Under the pieces are notes generated by a model. It ran no database searches. It saw only the letters and a list, made by a program, of their open reading frames with translations, and was not told the DNA's origin. Below are positions 55,581 to 64,000 of a stretch of DNA of 64,000 nt, in pieces (positions within the stretch are counted from its first letter, which is position 1; each line of letters opens with the position of its first letter). A program made the position numbers and the translations under genes. Source of the stretch: Phoronis australis (taxonomy: Eukaryota > Animalia > Phoronida); the NCBI GenBank assembly GCA_002633005.1, contig NMRA01000002.1, positions 2,073,756 to 2,137,755 of the forward strand, in the 5' to 3' direction.

Positions 55581-57399
55581 AATGTTTGCCTTGCTTACAT
55601 TGACACGATGTTTCAGTTTTTGGTAATTTCGCCAGTCTCTCCTTCTGAAGACGGTCGGAGAAAATTACCAACCACAAAGTTGTACCAAAAAAACAGGCTA
55701 GCAGAAGGAGTAAATCGATCAATGAATTTAAAAAATGATGTTATTTTTAAATGAATTCTGATAAAAAGCCCTACACTTATGCACCAGCCCTACACCTTAC
55801 TAATGAAGCTTGATACTAAGTACTACTGTAAATGCCACACAATAAACTATCTTCAATTTCCTAGAACGCTTTTGGATTTACATTGAACACAGTTACCTAA
55901 CTAAAAGCTACTGCAGGTTTGTAGTAAGACCAGTATAGAGGCGCGCGATGTTTTTTATTTTAATTAGATTATCACACTTCAGGTTTACAGCCATCTCCCA
56001 AAATAGTACAAATCTGTTATCATTTATATCTGGAATGTGGCTTACCCCAGTCAAAGAACATACCTGCAGGGCTTGGAATGATCAATGGCAAAAACAGGAA
56101 AATTTTGAAGTAATGTATCGTTCCATAAATAAATAGGCTTGTCTTACGATAGAAATATTTAACTGAACTTTCCATTTTTGCATGAATAAAAGTCAAGATA
56201 ATGACAAAAGAGACGAAAAATAGGAAAACAGAAATCAAATAAGAGGAGATTGAAAATTTCAAGCCCTGACACTTTAAAATTGAAAATTAACTTCATCTAG
56301 TATGTTTTGTTGTCAGCTTAATACCCAGGCACCCAAGTGGCCTGGCCAGTAAGCCCGATGAATATGGTCTTTATGTACAAAATTATGAGTTTACCATTGA
56401 ACTTGACAGCTGTTCTTCATAATTTTGAATCTAACCTCAAAACAAAAAGATTAATTTCTATTTGAATGCCCCTGTTGCAACGGTATACACAAGAATTGAG
56501 ATACAGGAACAGGCTAATCAAAGTAATCAATGACATCCTAATTGATTAAAGCAATACTGGATTTAGGACACTTGTCTAATGATTGCTTATAGAATAAAGG
56601 TGTGTTCATCAATAAAAAATCAATTTTATAAATCTAGGTTTCTGATTACCAAAACGTAGTTATCCATAAATGGCAGAATTCTTACCACAATTTCAATAAA
56701 AACTCAAAATTCTTATCTTCTAAATTTGCTTCAAACTTTAAGAACTTAAAAGTTAGACTTAATTCGACTTTTGTTTCTCAATCAGCTAAAAAGATCAACA
56801 TCCATCATGTATAGTCTATGGAATGGAGCGAGGTCATCCATCTGCCAGTCACACTGAGAGGAGGCAGCACAGACGGGAGGACCTGTCTCAAAGCCGAAAT
56901 ACAGCTTAGGTCAAGTCAAAATCACTCATTCAACTACGTAAATGTCAAGTTGAAGTTGGCCAGTGAACTAGACGGGTCCTTGATTTGTCATGACATTGAT
57001 TCTCTTCTTATTTTGCAAAAACAATTAGTTAACCTTAAAATGATCATTTTTCCACTTTTCAAAGGCTGAATTTTCAAATAATGGGAATTTCAGCAAATGT
57101 TGTTTTTGACACCTACACACTACAATTCATGCTTGAAATAGACTAAAATGTTTTAATCCTTTAACTTTTGTGGAAAAATTTAACAATTAAATGTCATTTG
57201 TCGTCTGTGTTCTGTGCTAAATAAGTGAAGAATTACCATAGTACAAGCGAGGAACGCCAACAAGGCCAAACACTAAATTCCAGTCTTAAGTTAGGTTAGA
57301 AATAAGCGTGTTTATCATTTGGAGCTCATCAAGAGGAGTTTTATTTCATAACATCGCTGGAAGTGGTGCCACAGACCTTCGTGGTTAAGTCTGTCATGC

Positions 57400-58467
57400 G
57401 GACTTACGTCAACTGAAAACTGTTATAACAGTCTTAATATCGTATATTTGGACGTCAGTCTTGCTACAAGCAAACACATTCCTAAAGTATCATTACTGGT
57501 AAATATCAAATTCTTTTGGATGTTTGTCAATAAACAAGAGTCGCGTATTCCGTATGCTGTTTGCAACAGGGCGACCGACTTGACGCGAGCCCAGTTCCAA
57601 TATGTACCTACAAGGTGCGTATTATGCCGCAGCACCATCTGGTGATAGATGAATTGCCATTGTACTCTCTACAAGTACTTTGATGTTCTGCAATGCTTTT
57701 TATAGGTTTTTTTCAAACAGAATTATTTGGAATAAAAATAAGTAAAAAGTCAGCGTGGCACATTTTCAGGTGGGAGCAGTGATTATAAACACTCCATTTT
57801 TTTTCGCCTAAAACATGAACTAAAACAATGCCATAACAACGGTTTTCAGAGATGAGCTCCAACTACAAGAGGCTTTCACCCATGTCAGTGTCACATACAA
57901 TGTCAATGACATGCCTTAGTCTCTCCACTCACCTTACTCAGTTTTCTGTTGATATCAAGTATTTAGACAATAAGCACACGTCCAGTGCTAATAGGAAGAC
58001 AGGAACAAGACTTTTAATTATGCACGCTTTGACTGACGACGATATTTTCACTCAACACTCTCTTTCAGTCTTTGGATGAGATCTTTGTTGTCGTTTTGTA
58101 TGAGAGTACCAGCTGACCAGTTTTTCTGCGCACTAATTCTTAATTAGCCCTTGTCAGTAGAGCACCTGGGAGATTCTGTCGGATCGTTTCTTTAATGTGA
58201 CACCGCCACAAAAAAGAAATTTGAACACGATAATTGCGAAGTTATGATTCACTTTCAACCAAAGAGGGTAACATCCCAACTCCGCTTCTTCCTCATTCGT
58301 ATGTGCACACAAATTTATGACGTAAGCATTATGGTGAGGAACTCTTCTGGATTTGGAAACGACAATAAGTTTCAATGGTAGCAAAAGTTTGTTGGCATTT
58401 GCCGACTCGATATATCGAGACAATTTTATTTAATACATTTCAGCGTGGCGCGAATCGTTGAGTGATT
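57400..58467. promoter_or_regulatory. Probable divergent promoter region between the SH2D4-like and RWD genes
   Basis: Locally CpG-richer (tcgcgt, tgacgcg, gacgtca, tgacgtaa, ggcgcgaatcg); immediately 5' of the RWD ATG; strong minus-strand donor GAC|gtaagt at 57408/57407 is a candidate end of the SH2D4 first exon. Confidence 0.45.
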
Positions 58468-58540
58468 ATGTTAGAAGTAGAAGATGAACAAAAGGAAGAA
58501 ATTGAAGCTTTGCGGGCTATTTTTGAGGGCGATTTTGTCA
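58468..58540 (+). CDS. RWD gene coding exon 1
   Basis: ATG at 58468; EQKEEIEALRAIF; donor A|gtgagt. Confidence 0.85.
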
Positions 58541-61500
58541 GTGAGTACATCTGTTAACATCAGACCTGTCAGTTCATAACTACACTACATACAGTCTACA
58601 CTCTCTAGTCTCTACCTACACTACAGACAGTAAGACTTACTTTAGTGAGTCTAAGACCACCTTCTCTAGCTGGCTCCAATAGAGACGGTGAAAGCTCCTG
58701 TAGGAACTTCATACGCTGGAAGATTTTCGGCGAATTGTGCCTCACATCAAAGTGACATTGTTATACATACCTTTTGCGCATAGATCGCCACTAATTGGGA
58801 GACTGTTGCTGTTTGTGTTCTTTAATTCCATCCAGTTCGAACAAATACTCCTGTTTTCGAACCTGGTACTCAAATCGGAGCCCCTTGTATCCGACTATTA
58901 CCCTTAAGTCACAACTGAGATTGGAGAAACCTGTTGACTCGTACGGCATGTGATTTGAAGTACTTGTAACACACTGCAGCGATGTCTCATCCACACACCA
59001 GGTGGGGCCCTCAGCAAACAAAGCAGCTCCGTCACTCTCCAAAGGTTAGCATCGATCTCCGTCAAGACAGTTATCGGGTCACACAACAACTCTTTGTTCA
59101 GTCAGCTAAACCCAACTTGGGCTAAGAAAAATACTTTTGTTAATGTGATTTCACAACATTAGAACCCAACAACGGTTACAGGCACACCATGGCAAAGATG
59201 GACCACACTGCCTCCAGGCTTCCAGGAGGTGAATGGAGAGGGACCTGGTCATAAATTCCAGGACAGGGCTTTGATTGTGAATCCCAGGTGGCGCCATTGA
59301 TTCCTTAACATGGAGGAGTGTGGAGAATTTTCAGTGAATCTTCTCGAAAACTGTAAAGCATGCTTAGTTCACTTGGCTTTCAGACTTATTGCTCTTTGTC
59401 CAATTGGTGATAGTGCTTGTCCCTCAGTGAGTCGGAAGTTGTTTGTTCAATTCCTGGCTGGGACCATGCAAAATATTTACTAAATGAGATACATTTTGTT
59501 CCATGCACACCCAGGGGGGCTCAGGGGGCTCAAACGAGCCACCCATTTGGCGAAGTGGACAAAGAGGTCCACCTCAGAGAAACAAGAAGTCCGGGAAAAC
59601 GAGACAAAAAGGCGCAAATGCACAATTCACAGCTCTGGACGTGGTATCGCGTTTTTCTTTAGTCCTTTGGCTTTTTTTGACGGTTAAAGTCCACATCGTC
59701 GGAAATTTCGATCCCCCCATATTAAAGGCTGGGTGCGCGCATGTGTTTATTATGTTATTTTACAACATGGGTTACATGCCTAAAACAAGCTAAAAGTATC
59801 AACAACATCGCCAATCATCTAAAAGCTTGAATTCTCTCTCGGAAGGAATTGTTACCCAAATAAATTGGAGCTAACCGTAGTCCGCTTTTACAAGTTAGTC
59901 TAGTAATTAATAGCAGTATAATACTTAAGAACACTTCGAAAATACACAATTTAACACAATACCTGGTTGTGACTGTCAGCATTATTTTGTACCCTATGGG
60001 TCCCAGATTCTAAGAACCAATTACCTTAGAGGTCTTTCATTGCCTGTGAGGCTGGACTGAGAGGGTGGAGCTCTCACTTGAGAGAGCACACCATCAACAT
60101 TTATCAATACTTTATAGCAATTTACTTAGCAAAAAAGCTTTTTCTATTGATACAAAGTAGCATCAGTGTTTAAAGATGAGGTCTGTTTGCAACACGACCT
60201 GGTAAAATACCATGTGTCTGGGGGTAATAAAGTTGCAACAAGTCAGTATAAAGTCAGCACTGTCATTATTTATCAATTACTACGTATGTAGGCATCATGT
60301 GGAATAAACAAACACTTTTGTGCTCATTTTTCAATATATTAGTCATGAAAATAGTCATATCAGTACATTAGATTCAGGTTCATTGTCAGTCGTCACCACT
60401 AAAAGTTGAAAGCCAGGAGTTCAAGACACTAAACTTACCGTTTAGTGTTCTAGCAACAGTTAACAGTTTCTGCCTTATTTCAGGCGTGAGTTTGTGCCCA
60501 CCGAGTTTCATGTTAAAGTTGACCGGATTGGATTTGGAGATGGCAGGTAAGGACACCATTCTAGGGGTCTGTTATGATGGACACTTAAACTAGCGCAAGT
60601 TTCACCTGGGGCAAGTTGTTTCTATTAACCATCTGGACTCAGTTTTGACTGGACAGTGGCCAAGCCCAGCATTATGGCCCACGTTTTCCTAGCAAGGCCT
60701 TTACATTATTTGAAACTAAGACTATTAGCACTGAACACAACCTGAATTCAAGGCTGAAATCTTGACAATTTTATATAAGAATAATTGCCAAAGTTGATCT
60801 TTTTTCATTTTTCAGGTGCTTCTAGCTAATATTGTTTTGAACAATTTTTAAAAAGCATTTTATCTATGTCAGCTACGGTATAAAACTTGACCATGGTGAA
60901 GAATGTCTCTTGAGAGGAAAAATAACAAAACAAAATTTCAATTGTCAGCCATACTATGTCCTAAATTGATTTATCATATGCAAGTACAATATGACTTAGG
61001 AACATTCTCGGTAAAGACTCAGAGTTGACTTTATGCTCTCGCTCTCTCTCTCTCTCTCTCCGTGATTGATACAATCTTGCACCATTGAAGTTTTGTTGTC
61101 ATTCTGCAGCTGACACTGGAGTGCTGTTTAATGTTTTTGTTGCTAAAAATAAGTATGTGATAGAAATATAAATATGTTCAAAGGTTACATGCTTGCGTCA
61201 CATAAATTCCATCGTTTGACTTACAACCTTGACTGGTGTAATGTATTGGTGATGAAGTTAAAAATATTGGTTAAGTGGCCGAGTTTTCTGCGTTTTTATA
61301 TGAAATGACAAAAAAAAGTTCCCAAAATGTCTGAAAGTAAAGTTTTGTCCCATTCAGCATTTTTACAGGGAATAATTCTTTGCTGCATTTGGGTTTTCAT
61401 TTGATGGGAAACTGGTTGGTTGTGATTGCATAAACTACTGCAATTTGTGTGCAATGTTGATATTGATTTTTCTGGCTTTTGGGAGCAATGGTGTTGCCAT

Positions 61501-63124
61501 TGCTTGGAAACTTTTATTGCAAGGTCATTCGGATGACATGCTCCAAGAAATAAACCCTTATAGTTAGATTTTCAAAAAGTTGACATTATTTTGTCTTTTT
61601 GAGAATCATTAAAAATTTTGAAGCAAATAGTTTTTGCTAATTTTGAAATGTTTTATTGTTATTTTCATTTGGTTTGCGTTAGGGTTTTCACTCGTGACTT
61701 GGATGATGCAAGTGGAATTTTGATGAAATACGTCATTTTCTTTCTAATACTGTGGTGAAAATTCTCCGATTTTGGACAGCCTTTAGACTTTGGGACATGG
61801 AAACTCTCATGAAAACTGAACATTCTTGATTCTCGAATTTGGAACAAGTGCAATTTTGACATTCATCATATTTTTCAAATTTAAATTTCAGACAATTTGT
61901 TTTCAATGTACACATTGTGCAATTTGCCATTTTCCTGGTGATTTTTGAATTTGGGATGACCAGTATTGACTATTTCTAGAATTTGGAACAAGCTCTGACC
62001 TTGAGTAAAATAATTAAATGTCCGCTGTCCCAAATTGTAGAACGTCTACCGTACTCTCTTTATATGATATGTGCGTGGAGATCCACCTGTGGACCACAAT
62101 AGCATAAAGACCAGGTGAAGGTGTGAGTGCTGGTGATTAGGAATTGTTCATGTTTTCGAGAGATGGTCTGTCATGGACCTTGCACTGTTATATTTATTCT
62201 AATTTTGACTTTTGGCTAAAGGGATATTTTCCTTTGTCATACCCTACTAAAAGTCTGAGCGATCAAGGCTCATTAGATCGGCTGCTAAATCCAGTTTCTG
62301 TAGCATTTTCAAATGGAAATTTTTTTAACTCCCTCTGGATAGGACATTAGTTCATGCTTCTTCCCAGCCATTGCTGGAGTCATTTGTGTAGCTGAATTGA
62401 TTCCTTTGACAGTATGTATTCATTGTTTATTATTCTCCCACCAGGTGTCCTTCACCTTAAGGTGACGTTCTCCCAGCAGTACCCACACGCCCCGCCCCTA
62501 ATTGAGTTTCCCATGAGGCAAGCCATTCTACCCCCTGCCATAGTAAAGGATCTCTTAGACCATCTCAAACACGTGGTATGTATCATTGTTACAAGTTAAG
62601 GCTTTCGGTTATCTGTTGGTCATCAGTTAAAAGTTTGAGCCATTCAACCCATTACTTGACCAAGAGTTTTTTTAGGGCTATGACTTTCTCCTGTTAGTTA
62701 TGTTATCTTTACAGTTTTTAAACACAGAAGTCCTAAACATGATACATAAGAGCTCAGTTGGCTAATAACTGCAATGTGATTGACAGCCTTTTTGTGCATC
62801 ACATTAGGTCATTACACGCTTGCAGCGTATCGGCTAATGAACATCAGTGAAACGGTGAAACAACTAACCATTCGTGTTACCCAGGATTGTTTTCTTTGAA
62901 ACATGTTTGCGGTCATAATGGGTACTTTGAACAATCATGTTTAGGTGACACCTGGGCACATGCTTGAACTTTCAGCCTCTCCTTTGATTTTGATGTTATA
63001 GGCTCAGGACAATCTTGGCACGGCCATGGTCTTCACACTAGTGGAGGAAACGAAGCAGTGGTTGAATGAACACGCGGCGGCAGGTTGTCATGACGACGGG
63101 TCATATGAAGGCGAGGATAGTGAG
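58468..63124 (+). CDS. RWD domain-containing protein, 5' part (exons 58468-58540, 60484-60546, 62445-62575, 63002-63124); probably continues beyond the window
   Basis: Spliced translation MLEVEDEQKEEIEALRAIFEGDFVSVSLCPPSFMLKLTGLDLEMAGVLHLKVTFSQQYPHAPPLIEFPMRQAILPPAIVKDLLDHLKHVAQDNLGTAMVFTLVEETKQWLNEH shows the RWD hallmarks EQ.EE.EAL..IF, YPxxxP and LG.AM.FTL.E; GT-AG junctions with phases 1,1,0. Confidence 0.87.
59395..59473 (+). mobile_element. Degenerate tRNA-derived SINE head
   Basis: A-box-like gtccaattggtgatagtgc and B-box-like gttcaattcctgg followed by gggaccatgcaaaa; no intact cloverleaf. Confidence 0.35.
59502..59743. mobile_element. GC-rich MITE with CATGC..CACCCAG termini
   Basis: catgcacacccag ... 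ctgggtgcgcgcatg imperfect TIR; flanks tgttc/tgttt. Confidence 0.6.
60484..60546 (+). CDS. RWD gene coding exon 2
   Basis: ttatttcag acceptor, G|gtaagg donor; 63 nt, phase 1-1; PPSF motif. Confidence 0.78.
62445..62575 (+). CDS. RWD gene coding exon 3
   Basis: ctcccaccag acceptor, GTG|gtatgt donor; YPHAPP motif. Confidence 0.87.
63002..63124 (+). CDS. RWD gene coding exon 4
   Basis: gttatag acceptor; AQDNLGTAMVFTLVEETKQWL; probable donor GAG|gtaaag (read-through would stop at 63172). Confidence 0.82.
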
Positions 63125-64000
63125 GTAAAGGCGTATCTCCATGAATTTCTGAAATGCATTCTGGGCACTTAAACTGTATTATTCGCACAGTTCCTTTACG
63201 TTTCGTGGTGCATCCTTGATCAATGTCATCTAACTGTTGTTTCACCGAACTTAAAATAAATTAATAGGCTGCAATATATTTGATTATAACCCTGGTGAAT
63301 TGCCATGCATTGTATTGTCTGATTCGTTGAGTTAAATAAAAATATACTGTTTCAGTGTACAATATAAGACAAGTAATCTGTCAAAATACTATTTCCTCCT
63401 GGCTCAGACCAGCATGTTTATGGGTCTGGTTAACAGTTTTTTTCTCCACCTTGAGCTCTTCATGTTTATAGCCCTCACTTCTTCATTCATCTTGCTTGCC
63501 TTGGTATTGTTACCATTGCATCTGGCTAGTTTTCTTGATAGACACTAGATGGCATGACATTGACATGTAAAGGCATATTCTGTAACATTTTTGTTACAGG
63601 GGTGTGGCTTAGTGATATGTGATCATAAATTTCATTCATTCCGTGAGACCAATATATCTAGGGGAGAGACAACTACTAGGTAAAGGTGCACTTATGTGTC
63701 AAAAATATGGACTGACAATAGAGGCGTGGCCGTATCCAATCAGTGTTTATCAGCATCTACTTTATGTAGAGTCTGTGGAAGAGTTTTATATTACGTTTGC
63801 TTTATGATGTAGCAGGATAATCTAATCCATAGTTTTAGACTATAATGGTAGGCTTGCATTCAATGCCATTCTGCCAGAATCACAATTTGAAGTACTCTGG
63901 GGAAAACACTCTTTAGCGCCATCTGTGTATCAAGTGATTATGATGACTGTGCTATTAACATGATTAGACTAATTAAAATGAATTGTTATTTTGTTTTTAA

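Noticed and set aside
62597-62636. Minus-strand CTGATGA...GAAA hammerhead core
   Set aside because: The intervening ccaacagataacc cannot form stem II and no stems I or III are evident.

Overview
AT-rich eukaryotic (animal, probably marine invertebrate) genomic DNA with GT-AG introns; most ORFs in the supplied track are spurious. (1) A minus-strand SH2D4A/B-like adaptor gene can be rebuilt by hand from 10 phase-compatible coding exons (45727->4179; 1344 nt, 447 aa) with the N-terminal [14 protein letters not shown] motif, a KTVKW PP1-docking motif, a coiled coil and a C-terminal SH2 domain. (2) An intronless class A GPCR (39642-40721, +) is nested antisense in its ~23 kb intron and is followed by a 45-bp minisatellite. 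(3) A plus-strand RWD-domain gene starts at 58468, head-to-head with the SH2D4-like gene, and probably continues past the window. (4) Three near-identical tandem segments are each joined at a single 'n' (8912, 17361, 52113/53845); two duplicate an SH2D4 exon and all are most likely uncollapsed alleles. (5) TE debris: a Penelope-like GIY-YIG remnant, a PIF/Harbinger-type MITE family, 5-bp-TSD MITEs, and Kolobok-like, Helitron-like and SINE-like pieces. I see no convincing novel biological system. The best leads are the nested orphan GPCR, a 13-nt miR-137 match in the SH2D4 3'UTR and an RWD protein with mixed RWDD1/RWDD4 features.
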